Shown piece after piece: positions 54,415 through 63,579 of a stretch of DNA of 64,000 nt. Both the position numbers and the translations under genes were made by a program. Position 1 is the first letter of the stretch. The number at the start of each line of letters is the position of its first letter. A model generated the notes under the pieces. It saw nothing but the letters and a program-made list of their open reading frames with translations, had not been told where the DNA came from and did not search any database. Origin of the DNA: Felixounavirus AN17P8; sequence record OZ035742.1; one strand, 5' to 3'.

Positions 54415-56196
54415 ATGAGTAAGTCACTTTACGCAGTACCAGCAGGTCTTAATGCAGATGCTTACAAGGCATCACATATATATCAGTATCCAGATGCTAC
54501 GCAATATCTTATGTTGAACCTAACACCACGTAGCGACAAATGGTTTAACAGTCCTTTAGCAATTGATGGTGTAGTGGCTTTTGGTATTCAACGTTTTGTT
54601 AAAGATTACTTGATAGACCACTGGAACGCCACTTTCTTTGAACGTGATAAAAAAGAAGCAATTGACGAAATCTTAGAAGTTATGAATGGTGTTCTGGGTA
54701 AAGATGCTATCGGTCGAGAGCATTGGGAAGCACTTCACGACTTAGGCTATCTACCAGTTGAAGTGTACGCTGTAGAAGAAGGTACAGTTGTTCCTATGCG
54801 TGTCCCAATGATTGTCTTCCAGAACACTGTTTCAGGTTTCCATTGGGTAGCAGGTTATCTGGAAGACGCTTTCTCTGCTGAGATTTGGAAGGCTTGCACC
54901 ATTGCAACTATTGCATTGCACTACAAACGTATCTGTAAGAAGTGGGCTGACCTCACTTGCGACAACGACTTGCATTTACCTTATCAGTGCCATGACTTTG
55001 CTATGCGTGGTATGTCCGGCTTTACTGATGACGCATTCAACGCTGTAGGACACTTAACCAGCTTTAAAGGGACTGATAGCTTCCCTGCTGTATACACGGC
55101 TAAACGTATCTATGGGCAGACCTATCCAATCTCTGATATTGGAAGCTCTGTACCAGCCACTGAACACTCTGTAATGTGTGCAAACATTGCTTGGGAAGGT
55201 GGTAACGAGTTGGTTGAAGAAGAAAGACGATTTAAAGGTGAGTTGCAAACCTTCCGTCGTTTCTTAACAGAAACTTACCCAACTGGTATTGCAAGTATTG
55301 TTTCAGATACTTATAACTTCTGGAGAACTGTGTCAGAAATCTTACCAGCACTTCGTAAAGAAATTATGGAACGTGACGGTAAGCTGGTAATTCGCCCTGA
55401 CTCTGGAGACCCTGTACACATTGTCACAGGTTATAAAGCAATCCACTTAGAGTGTGCTAAGAAGGCTTATTATGAGCACCTAAGCAAGCTGGAAGCTAGT
55501 GACACAATGTTGAATGCTGTTCTGAACATGAAGCTTGAAAACATCAACTATGGTATTGCTGGATGGCTACTGTCAGAAGGCTACGAAATGGTTGTTGACA
55601 GAGAAGACTTTGAAGTTGCTGATACAGTGATGTTGAAAAATGCTTATATGGTCGGTTCTGCAAACGTTGTAACACGTCCTGTAGCTGAAATTGATGGAGC
55701 TATTAAGACACTGTACAACATCTTTGGGGGAACTATTAACTCTAAAGGGTTTAAGGTACTGGATGAACATATCGGCCTTATCTATGGTGACTCTATCACG
55801 CTGGAACGTGCAAACGAAATCCTGAAGCGTCTGTATGAAATGGGTTTTGCAAGCTCTAACGTAGTGTTTGGTGTAGGCTCTTACACTTACCAGTACATGA
55901 CTCGTGACACCTTTGCATTTGCTGTCAAAGCAACTCTTGCAAGCATTGGTGGTAAAGAGATTATGCTTGCAAAAGACCCTAAAACAGATAGTGGTGTTAA
56001 GAAGTCTGCCTTTGGTGGTGTAGCACCTATGTGGGACGGTGATAAGCTGAAAGCTGTAGATGGATATGGATTCCAGAGTTTTGCAGATGTACTTGACCAC
56101 CCAGCCTGTGCTTTACGTTTAGTCTTTAGTGACTCTGAGCAGTTCGGTTACACGACTCTTGGTGATATTCGAAATAATATTGACAAGCAGCTTTAA
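54415..56196 (+). CDS. nicotinamide phosphoribosyltransferase-like (NAMPT family; candidate nicotinamide ADP-ribose transferase)
   Basis: 593 aa; DAYKASHIYQYP, HDFAMRGMSG, SFKGTDS, VSDTYN, IRPDSGDP, IYGDSI align with conserved NAMPT motifs (DSYKVTHYKQYP, HDFGYRG, NFKGTDT, VSDSYD, IRPDSGNP, IQGDGV). Confidence 0.8.
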   Translation: MSKSLYAVPAGLNADAYKASHIYQYPDATQYLMLNLTPRSDKWFNSPLAIDGVVAFGIQRFVKDYLIDHWNATFFERDKKEAIDEILEVMNGVLGKDAIGREHWEALHDLGYLPVEVYAVEEGTVVPMRVPMIVFQNTVSGFHWVAGYLEDAFSAEIWKACTIATIALHYKRICKKWADLTCDNDLHLPYQCHDFAMRGMSGFTDDAFNAVGHLTSFKGTDSFPAVYTAKRIYGQTYPISDIGSSVPATEHSVMCANIAWEGGNELVEEERRFKGELQTFRRFLTETYPTGIASIVSDTYNFWRTVSEILPALRKEIMERDGKLVIRPDSGDPVHIVTGYKAIHLECAKKAYYEHLSKLEASDTMLNAVLNMKLENINYGIAGWLLSEGYEMVVDREDFEVADTVMLKNAYMVGSANVVTRPVAEIDGAIKTLYNIFGGTINSKGFKVLDEHIGLIYGDSITLERANEILKRLYEMGFASSNVVFGVGSYTYQYMTRDTFAFAVKATLASIGGKEIMLAKDPKTDSGVKKSAFGGVAPMWDGDKLKAVDGYGFQSFADVLDHPACALRLVFSDSEQFGYTTLGDIRNNIDKQL

Positions 56197-56210
56197 AAGT
56201 ATATGATAAG

Positions 56211-56233
56211 AGGCTCCTACGGGAGCCTTTTTA
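56211..56233 (+). terminator. rho-independent terminator
   Basis: hairpin aggctcc-tacg-ggagcct followed by TTTTT. Confidence 0.6.
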
Positions 56234-56249
56234 ATTTCTGGAGAAAGAC

Positions 56250-56585
56250 ATGAAAATCAAAGAGATGAATATTAACGTTGTCTTGGAAGAACGCTGGGAA
56301 AACATTAAGAAACCTGAAGATGGTAAAAAGTTTCTTAACAAAATTTTAGTAGCGGCTAAAGAAGAACTGACGGGTAAGGTTGCAGCAGCAATCACAATAA
56401 AGGTTTGTGTAAAAGGTCTTCCACAACATCACCAATTTGCACTTGACGAGTTTAAAGAAAGCTTCTACAATCCAAACAAACAGATGCTTGAAAGTAACTT
56501 TGCAGTATCTACAAGTATCGTCCATGACAGAAGCTTTATCCTTTACAAAAACATGAGAGGTGAGTCATGCAAGCATATTGGATAG
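56250..56585 (+). CDS. hypothetical protein
   Basis: 111 aa ORF. Confidence 0.35.
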   Translation: MKIKEMNINVVLEERWENIKKPEDGKKFLNKILVAAKEELTGKVAAAITIKVCVKGLPQHHQFALDEFKESFYNPNKQMLESNFAVSTSIVHDRSFILYKNMRGESCKHIG

Positions 56586-56743
56586 AAATTTTACTGTCAC
56601 TTGGTAGTGTAGCAGTATTTGTTTACCTTCTTTGCAAGTACTATGCAGAGCACAAGAAGTGTGACTACTGTAACGGAGAAGGGTACACAAGAGCAGGCTG
56701 TTGCCCTATGTGTGGTGGTTCTGGTAAAATGTTTAATAAGTAA
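56567..56743 (+). CDS. small membrane-anchored zinc-ribbon protein (hypothetical)
   Basis: 58 aa ORF below the track cutoff; hydrophobic N-terminal helix then CDYCNGEG...CPMCGGSG. Confidence 0.25.
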   Translation: MQAYWIEILLSLGSVAVFVYLLCKYYAEHKKCDYCNGEGYTRAGCCPMCGGSGKMFNK

Positions 56744-56771
56744 TTTAACAGTAAACTAAGAGGAAAGTATT

Positions 56772-59138
56772 ATGCGCATGGTAAACGACCACGCAGAAGT
56801 GATTAAGAGTTCAACTTCTTTGGAGACATCTCAAGCACAGATTACAATGACACCTGAAATGTTTAGCCTTCTGAGTTCTGGTGTATACACGTTTAAAGAG
56901 CGAGCAGTGATTCGTGAACTGTCATGTAACGCAGTAGATGCTCAGAAAGAAGCTGGAAAAGAAAACATCCCATTCCATGTGCATTTACCTACTCGATTTG
57001 AGCCTTACTTTGAAGTCCGTGACTTTGGAACTGGTTTAACCCACGACAAAGTAATGAGTTTGTATCTGAACTACGGGGCTTCTACGAAGAATGACTCTAA
57101 TGATTACATTGGTGCAATGGGTATCGGCTCAAAATCCCCATTTGCAATTGCTCAGTCATTCACAGTATCTAGCTATGTTGATGGTGTTGTTAATAAGTAC
57201 TCTGTTTACCTTGAGAATGGTATCCCTCAAGTGACTAAGCTTACTACTAACCCAACAAATGAACCTAATGGCTTAGCTGTACGTGTGGCAGTTGCTGACC
57301 ACCGTATTTCAAAGTTCTTTGAAGAGGCTGGTCACGTATATTCATACTTTGCTGTAAAACCAGAAAGTAACATTGTATATGATGACGTGTTAGCAGATAT
57401 GAACGTCATTGCTCGTGAAGAAGGTGTTTATGACGCTATGATTCATAAGCAAAGCTGGCGTTCTAGTGGTAACAGGACAGAGTTTAATGTGGTGATGGGT
57501 AATATTGCCTATCCAGTGAACATGGAAGCATTACTTGGTGATGATTTCTTCAAAGTCTTGCCAGAGTTTTTCCGTAGGAGCGTAGACCTTGTAAACATCT
57601 ACATGCCTATTGGTTCAGTTGCTATAGCAGCTTCTCGTGAAGCATTGCAGATGAATGATACGACAAAAAATGTTATCATTGAGGCAACTAAAAAGATAAC
57701 TGAAGCAATTACAAAGGATGTTATCAAGAAAGTTAATAGTCAACCTACACTCATGGATGCTGCACAGGCTTATGCTGAGTTACGTTTGAACTCACGAGAA
57801 ATGTTTAATGCTGTGTGTCCAAAGCTAGAGTGGGGAGGTGTTAAGCTTGATTCTCTGGAAGAAGAATTGCTAAACATTCGTCGTGGGATTATCTACGCAG
57901 AAGACGGCTCAGTCATTTATGAACGTGACGGTAAAGGCAATATTAAGGTTGATAGGAACGGAAACAACATCCCTAAAGTAGATTATCTTTATAACCCAGT
58001 TGCTTATGTCAAGTTCAACTCTTTAGAGAGTAAGGTTCGTGCAACAGCACTTTCCTACACTCAAGAGGCAAGTATGTTCAATATCTTTGGTGCAATGCGT
58101 AAGAGCCAAATTGAACAGTTTTTGTTCGTGATTAATGACCGCCGCAATAAAAACGGTACTGAGAAGACTGTAGGCCGCAATCAGATTCTGCGTGGTGCAT
58201 GTCGAGACTATGCCAGTGAGTCAAGTCTGTTTCACAGATACAATGGTATTGTGTTTGTATTCTCGACTGAAAAAGAGTTAGATGATTTAATCAATCTACA
58301 CAAACTTGATAAAAGCTTGTTAAAGATTGTGAAAATGTCTGATAAGGAACACCATTACCAGCGCAAAGAAGCTGTAAGAGGTGTTGTAAAACTCTGGAAA
58401 GCAGTTCCAGCAGAATCTGTAGCTTCATACACAGAGGTGTCAGAAGACTTAGACACAATTGAAGAGCCTCAGCTTTACATTAAGGCAGTAGGTGACACAG
58501 TTGATGGCAAATGCTTTTGCTCATCTCCAGAAGATGTAGCTAAGTCAGTTGCTAATGTTATAGGGAAGACAGTCTATGTTTTCCGAAAAGCAAATTGGAA
58601 AAAGATACCAGAAGACTGGATTGAAGTAGATGAGAAGCTCTTGAACGACAGCTTAACTGATGTTCACTGGATTAATCATAACAGGTATATGACACGCATC
58701 TACATGAATGGTGTTCTTGACCTTACAAGCAGTTGGATTATTGCCAGAAACTTTACATTCAATAACAGGAAGATTTCTCGTGGTTATTGCTACTCACGAG
58801 ATACTAGCAAAACTATCTTCCTAGAAGGTAACGAAGAGGCTGTAGAGGCAATTTTCGGTAAAATCCAGTATGTTGCTGCACCGTTTGCATACACTTACAC
58901 TATTAGTGTGTTGAAGACTTTGAAAGAATGTCTTGACAATGATACAAAGCTTTACAAGAAAATTAAGAAAGCTGGCGACCGCATGGTTATTAAGTTGGCA
59001 AACTACCTTTCAAAAAGAAAACAAGAAAACTTCTTGCTTTCCCATTTAGATTGGAATAAAGTGTCACCTATTGAAGTGAGTAAGTTTTTGGGCTTTAATG
59101 TGAAATGTGTTCCAGAAGGTACAACAGTTTACGATTAA
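56772..59138 (+). CDS. rIIA: rIIA-like protein with N-terminal GHKL (HATPase_c) ATPase domain
   Basis: 788 aa; GHKL motifs ELSCNAVDA (N box), VRDFGTGL (G1), GAMGIGSKS (G2); followed by rIIB-like gene. Confidence 0.6.
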   Translation: MRMVNDHAEVIKSSTSLETSQAQITMTPEMFSLLSSGVYTFKERAVIRELSCNAVDAQKEAGKENIPFHVHLPTRFEPYFEVRDFGTGLTHDKVMSLYLNYGASTKNDSNDYIGAMGIGSKSPFAIAQSFTVSSYVDGVVNKYSVYLENGIPQVTKLTTNPTNEPNGLAVRVAVADHRISKFFEEAGHVYSYFAVKPESNIVYDDVLADMNVIAREEGVYDAMIHKQSWRSSGNRTEFNVVMGNIAYPVNMEALLGDDFFKVLPEFFRRSVDLVNIYMPIGSVAIAASREALQMNDTTKNVIIEATKKITEAITKDVIKKVNSQPTLMDAAQAYAELRLNSREMFNAVCPKLEWGGVKLDSLEEELLNIRRGIIYAEDGSVIYERDGKGNIKVDRNGNNIPKVDYLYNPVAYVKFNSLESKVRATALSYTQEASMFNIFGAMRKSQIEQFLFVINDRRNKNGTEKTVGRNQILRGACRDYASESSLFHRYNGIVFVFSTEKELDDLINLHKLDKSLLKIVKMSDKEHHYQRKEAVRGVVKLWKAVPAESVASYTEVSEDLDTIEEPQLYIKAVGDTVDGKCFCSSPEDVAKSVANVIGKTVYVFRKANWKKIPEDWIEVDEKLLNDSLTDVHWINHNRYMTRIYMNGVLDLTSSWIIARNFTFNNRKISRGYCYSRDTSKTIFLEGNEEAVEAIFGKIQYVAAPFAYTYTISVLKTLKECLDNDTKLYKKIKKAGDRMVIKLANYLSKRKQENFLLSHLDWNKVSPIEVSKFLGFNVKCVPEGTTVYD

Positions 59139-59142
59139 GTGC

Positions 59143-59172
59143 TTGACAAGGGGCTTCAAAGCCCCTTAGAAT
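59143..59172 (+). promoter_or_regulatory. sigma70-like promoter (TTGACA-18-TAGAAT) with hairpin in spacer
   Basis: -35 TTGACA 59143-59148, -10 TAGAAT 59167-59172; spacer forms palindrome aaggggct-tcaa-agcccctt; about 45 nt upstream of rIIB-like gene. Confidence 0.5.
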
Positions 59173-59216
59173 AGCCTCACAAAATGAGTTATTAACTAAC
59201 AAGAGAGAGTAATAAG

Positions 59217-60326
59217 ATGACTACTAAAACTAAAGCACAGATTGACGCAGAAATTTACAAACTGGTTAAAGAGGGTAAGCTGACTAAAACAGCTATTGCA
59301 CAGAAATTTAACACCTCAACACGTTCAGTTGGTCGTGCTGTAGAGCGTCATGAAGCAACCTTAAAAGGTAAGAAAAAGGTAGCTTCTAAACCAGCTACGA
59401 AGACTTTGAAGCAAGTTGCTAAATCAGTTAAAAAGAAAGCTGGAAAACCAGTTGAAAATGTTGTTAAAGAGACTGTACAAAAGGCTCCGGTAAATAAACT
59501 ACACGAAGCTATGCAGAATGGTAACCAGATTGAGTATATGATTACTGGCGATTCTATTATCATGACTTTTGGTGCAGATTCTGAAATCGTTGAATCTACC
59601 CATCCGAACTACAAAGAAATCGTAATGGCTGTTGTATCCGGTGAGTATAAGAAAGCTTTCGAACTGATGAACATTCGTAAGTCTATCGAAAACTTCACTC
59701 AGGGTGCTATCACCATCAAAGGTGACAAGTTATTCTATGGTGCTGTTGAGATGCGTTCTACTCTGGTTGACCGTATTCTTCACATGATGAAGACTGGAGA
59801 TAAGGGTTTTGAACGCCTTGTGATGTTCTTCGAAAAACTGATGGAAAACCCATCTAAAGATTCTGTAGAACAACTTTGGGGATTCGTATCTCACCTTGAT
59901 GTTGAAATTGATGAAGAAGGCTACATCATTGGTTGGAAGAAAGTCTCTACTCGTGAAGGCAAGCTGGTTGACTCCCACACCTACAGAGTTCCTAATGATT
60001 TGGGTAACATTGTAGAAATGCCACGTTGGATGGTTGATAATAACCGTAACGTGACTTGCTCTCAAGGTCTTCACGTTGGTGCTTGGGATTACGTTCGTTG
60101 CTTCTCAGGCGACACAATCCTGAAGGTTCGTGTCCATCCACGAGACGTTGTATCCGTACCAACTGATTACAACGATATGAAGATGCGCTCGTCTCGTTAT
60201 GAAGTTGCAGCAATCGTTGATAATCAACGTAAAGTGCTGAAAGCATGGGATGGCAAGACTGAAGCTTTACATGTCATCGTCGGTACTGCTGGAGAACTTA
60301 TCTCCCAACGTAAACGTGAAATCTAA
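59217..60326 (+). CDS. rIIB: rIIB-like protein
   Basis: 369 aa; adjacency to rIIA-like gene; segments RSTLVDRIL, VEMPRWMVDNNRNVTCSQGLHV, VRVHPRDVVSVPTDYNDMKMR resemble T4 rIIB as recalled from memory. Confidence 0.5.
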   Translation: MTTKTKAQIDAEIYKLVKEGKLTKTAIAQKFNTSTRSVGRAVERHEATLKGKKKVASKPATKTLKQVAKSVKKKAGKPVENVVKETVQKAPVNKLHEAMQNGNQIEYMITGDSIIMTFGADSEIVESTHPNYKEIVMAVVSGEYKKAFELMNIRKSIENFTQGAITIKGDKLFYGAVEMRSTLVDRILHMMKTGDKGFERLVMFFEKLMENPSKDSVEQLWGFVSHLDVEIDEEGYIIGWKKVSTREGKLVDSHTYRVPNDLGNIVEMPRWMVDNNRNVTCSQGLHVGAWDYVRCFSGDTILKVRVHPRDVVSVPTDYNDMKMRSSRYEVAAIVDNQRKVLKAWDGKTEALHVIVGTAGELISQRKREI

Positions 60327-60343
60327 TAAGTAATTTCTTAAAA

Positions 60344-60367
60344 GGCTGCTTCGGCGGCCTTTTTTAT
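60344..60367 (+). terminator. rho-independent terminator
   Basis: hairpin ggctgc-ttcg-gcggcc followed by TTTTTT. Confidence 0.6.
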
Positions 60368-60426
60368 TTGTATTTTGTGCAGAGTGCTGTATAATTGTTG
60401 TCACGATAAACTAAACAGGAGAACCA

Positions 60427-60975
60427 ATGAAGAAATTGATTCTAGGTTTGTGCTTAATGTTTACAGCACACTTATCTTATGCAGTTGACTGCCCAGAGCT
60501 ATCAATTAGCCAAAAAGTAAACATGTTAAAAGCTTACCAGTATGGTGAGAATAACATGGGTAAAGGTTGGGGTATCACTCTAGCTGCTATAGCCTTACAA
60601 GAGTCAGAGTTAGGTCTAAAGGTAGAGAATAAAAAGACCCATGACTATGGTATTTTCCAGAATCACTTGAAGACTGTTGTAAAGCGTAACAAAATCAGTC
60701 CTAATGTGGCTAAAAAGAAACTCTTAAAAGACTTTGACTATGCTGCGAAGGAAACGCACAAAGAACTTGAGTTTTGGACAAAGGTACATGGTCAGCCAAA
60801 GTCAAAGAAGACTTTACAAAAAGTTTTAGCGTCATATAATGCTGGGTATTCGTACAGAATCCCTAAAGCTAAGAAATATTCTCAAGATGTTTATAACAAT
60901 ATGAAAGTAATTGCTCAATGTGAATTTGCAACAAACATTTCTAAGGTAAACCATGAAAAAATTAAGAAAGTCTGA
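60427..60975 (+). CDS. lytic transglycosylase-like endolysin with signal peptide
   Basis: 182 aa; signal peptide MKKLILGLCLMFTAHLSYA; SLT-like catalytic region AIALQESELG and SYNAGYSY; perfect TATAAT 30 nt upstream. Confidence 0.55.
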   Translation: MKKLILGLCLMFTAHLSYAVDCPELSISQKVNMLKAYQYGENNMGKGWGITLAAIALQESELGLKVENKKTHDYGIFQNHLKTVVKRNKISPNVAKKKLLKDFDYAAKETHKELEFWTKVHGQPKSKKTLQKVLASYNAGYSYRIPKAKKYSQDVYNNMKVIAQCEFATNISKVNHEKIKKV

Positions 60976-61648
60976 TGTAGTATTGTGCCATGCTTATGAC
61001 TTACATCCTCATGAGTTAGGTCTTGATTCCTGTGTATGGACTCCAGAACAGTGCAGGGATTTTGAAGACACCGCAAGAGAAGTTGTATGTTCACTTGAAG
61101 AGTTCCACACATCAGAACCAATTGTGAACGTTGTGGACAAAGAGACTGGACAATCCATAGGTGTAAGACGTGATAGTTTAGTCATAGTTAATAAAGACCT
61201 TATAGAAAAAGGGAATCTCATCTTAGCAGATATTGATGGTGTTCTTACAAATTTTAATCACGAAGATTGTTCAACGGAATTGACTGATGGTTCATTTTCA
61301 CAGTACACTAATCTTCTTGATTCTGTAAGAGCAAAACCAACGTATGTTTTCAATATCATTGATGCAATTGCTAATCATGCTGCCGTTGGACTCTTGACAG
61401 CGAGAGGTGAATCTCAGAGAATACCCACTGAGATGTTTTTAAGGCATAACACGGAGCATGACTACATGCTTTTTATGCGTGGTTTTGGGACTAACTCTAT
61501 AAGTGCAGAAAGTTTGAAAGTGAGGATGATTCAGTCTTGCATTCTGCCTTACTTTAATATAGTATGTTTTATAGAAGACACAGAGAAGAATGTGCAGAAG
61601 GTGAACAGAATCCTTCCACACATCAAAACCATGTTAGTTAAACATTGA
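60953..61648 (+). CDS. HAD-superfamily hydrolase-like protein (putative nucleotidase/phosphatase)
   Basis: 231 aa; ILADIDGVLTN matches HAD motif I (DxDG); start may be further downstream. Confidence 0.35.
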   Translation: MKKLRKSDVVLCHAYDLHPHELGLDSCVWTPEQCRDFEDTAREVVCSLEEFHTSEPIVNVVDKETGQSIGVRRDSLVIVNKDLIEKGNLILADIDGVLTNFNHEDCSTELTDGSFSQYTNLLDSVRAKPTYVFNIIDAIANHAAVGLLTARGESQRIPTEMFLRHNTEHDYMLFMRGFGTNSISAESLKVRMIQSCILPYFNIVCFIEDTEKNVQKVNRILPHIKTMLVKH

Positions 61649-61658
61649 GAGAAAACTT

Positions 61659-62123
61659 ATGAACAATATCATTACGGTAGCACTGGACGTTACGGCAAAC
61701 AAATCTGAAGTAGTTCGTAACATTATCAAGAGCAACTTTGAGGGTAAAATCTTCCGTGCTGTCAATGTAAAAGCAGACGGTAACATTCGGGAGTATCGTG
61801 CCCTTTTGAATGTTAAGAAACACGTCAAAGGTGCTGGTTCAACGACTGCACACAAAGAAAACCTGATGACCATCTATGATATGGGGATGGCTTCAGAATT
61901 AGGTGCTGAAGGTATCGTTAAAGAAGGTGCTCCGTATCGCTCTTTCAATCTGGAAACTGCTCTCATGCTTTCCTTTACAAGTGGTTCTAAAACAACTACT
62001 TATCTCTTTACTGATGCTGCAACGGTATCTGCTATCAAGGATAGCACTGTCAAAGCTGGGGTAGCTGCTGCTGCAAAAGCTTCTTCGATGGCTGCAAATG
62101 TCCTTGCTAAAGTCCTCGGTTAA
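61659..62123 (+). CDS. hypothetical protein
   Basis: 154 aa ORF, Ala-rich C-terminus; followed by terminator. Confidence 0.35.
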   Translation: MNNIITVALDVTANKSEVVRNIIKSNFEGKIFRAVNVKADGNIREYRALLNVKKHVKGAGSTTAHKENLMTIYDMGMASELGAEGIVKEGAPYRSFNLETALMLSFTSGSKTTTYLFTDAATVSAIKDSTVKAGVAAAAKASSMAANVLAKVLG

Positions 62124-62134
62124 GGTTAAGATAC

Positions 62135-62157
62135 AGGCTCCTTCGGGAGCCTTTTTC
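62135..62157 (+). terminator. rho-independent terminator
   Basis: hairpin ggctcc-ttcg-ggagcc followed by TTTTT. Confidence 0.65.
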
Positions 62158-62175
62158 ATTTCAGGAGATTGTTAA

Positions 62176-62523
62176 ATGACATTTAAAGAGTTCTGTCAAG
62201 CTACTTTCATAATTGTTTTCTTAGTTGGTGCAGGTGTCTGGGGAGGATACTCTTACAGAGACTATCAAGTTGCTGAAACTGAGCTAAACAATCAAAAGCT
62301 CATAAGTGTTGCTAAAGATGCTTATCAGGAAGGATTAGTCACACTGAGCACCAATTACAAGAATGATTTGAAAGATGTGCTTGCTAAGAATAAGCATACA
62401 AAAGAGGTACTAACATATGAAAAAACTAAGCCAGAGTTTTATAATGTTTGTGTTACTGATAACTATGTCAGGGTGTTCAACGAACAAAGTGAACAGTACA
62501 TTCAAAAACTCCCAAGTAAGTGA
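62176..62523 (+). CDS. i-spanin (Rz-like) candidate
   Basis: 115 aa; N-terminal TM helix FIIVFLVGAGVWGG then charged coiled-coil domain; 3' end overlaps lipoprotein ORF in another frame. Confidence 0.4.
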   Translation: MTFKEFCQATFIIVFLVGAGVWGGYSYRDYQVAETELNNQKLISVAKDAYQEGLVTLSTNYKNDLKDVLAKNKHTKEVLTYEKTKPEFYNVCVTDNYVRVFNEQSEQYIQKLPSK

Positions 62524-62686
62524 GAGTGATAAGTACACTCAAGAAGAATCACGGTATATCATCAAAGGTAACACAGGCGGTGATGTAGCAGCAGCCCTTG
62601 AGTTCTATCGTGATGGATTTTACCAGTGTACACTCAAAGCTAATAACCTTATTGACATGATTTTATTAGGGAATAAGCAGCAATGA
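62417..62686 (+). CDS. o-spanin (Rz1-like outer membrane lipoprotein) candidate
   Basis: 89 aa; signal peptide ending in lipobox-like ITMSGC; starts inside the 3' end of the i-spanin candidate in a different frame. Confidence 0.4.
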   Translation: MKKLSQSFIMFVLLITMSGCSTNKVNSTFKNSQVSESDKYTQEESRYIIKGNTGGDVAAALEFYRDGFYQCTLKANNLIDMILLGNKQQ

Positions 62687-62952
62687 CAGAGAATCAAGAT
62701 ACTTTCTATGTAGAGGGCTACTTACTGTTACCACGACCAAAAGAAACTTATATGCGAATTGATTTCTCACCAACCATCATGGATAATGTGATGTGCCATA
62801 TCTTTATGCAAGGTGTCACAGCACAACTTAAGCATGTTGGCAAAGAGTGCAAAATAAAGGTTGACACTCATCCAGAAATCAAAGAAAATCACTACACATG
62901 GTTCTTACCAGACTCTAAAGAAATCTTAGCAGTTCTTAAAACGAGGAAATGA
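62683..62952 (+). CDS. hypothetical protein
   Basis: 89 aa ORF. Confidence 0.3.
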   Translation: MTENQDTFYVEGYLLLPRPKETYMRIDFSPTIMDNVMCHIFMQGVTAQLKHVGKECKIKVDTHPEIKENHYTWFLPDSKEILAVLKTRK

Positions 62953-63263
62953 TTATGCAATTCCAGCCAACAAATCGTGGATTTTCTTATGCAGAATTTA
63001 AAGATGCTAAAGGGGAAATTTGTACTTTACAAGAGAGTTCATCATACGAACCATGTATCTGGTTAGGTGCTAAAGAGGTCTCTGTTCAGTACCTAGACAA
63101 TGGCTGGAAAACACTTGATATCCCAGCATTAGTTGGTAAAGATTTTGTAGGTAATCAAAGAATGAAGCTCAATCAAGAACAGGTAAAAGAGTTGTTGCCG
63201 TACCTCCAATACTTTGCTGAAAATGGTGAATTACCAACAGAGGAACTTACAAATGCAGATTAA
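62949..63263 (+). CDS. hypothetical protein
   Basis: 104 aa ORF. Confidence 0.3.
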   Translation: MIMQFQPTNRGFSYAEFKDAKGEICTLQESSSYEPCIWLGAKEVSVQYLDNGWKTLDIPALVGKDFVGNQRMKLNQEQVKELLPYLQYFAENGELPTEELTNAD

Positions 63264-63579
63264 TGGAAGAGACTTTGTAGCCGTTTACTACGAGAAAGGT
63301 AAAGAGGTTGGTGTAGCACAAGTAACTTATGGCAATGGTAAGTGGCTATATGGAACAATCGCAGTAGTAGGAACAAGAAGTGATACAAAAACTTTTAAAG
63401 ATTGTGTTGACCTTCTTGAAGAATCCATCCAGAATCATTGGTGTCTGATATGGATGACTGATAACGAAGTGATGGAGCGTTTCAAAAAGATTGATATCAA
63501 CATTGACAGTATTGAGCATGTTGATTTATATGAGCTAACTGAGAAGGTAAACTATGAAAGTAATACTAGCCAGAGATAA
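63214..63579 (+). CDS. hypothetical protein
   Basis: 121 aa ORF. Confidence 0.3.
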   Translation: MLKMVNYQQRNLQMQINGRDFVAVYYEKGKEVGVAQVTYGNGKWLYGTIAVVGTRSDTKTFKDCVDLLEESIQNHWCLIWMTDNEVMERFKKIDINIDSIEHVDLYELTEKVNYESNTSQR

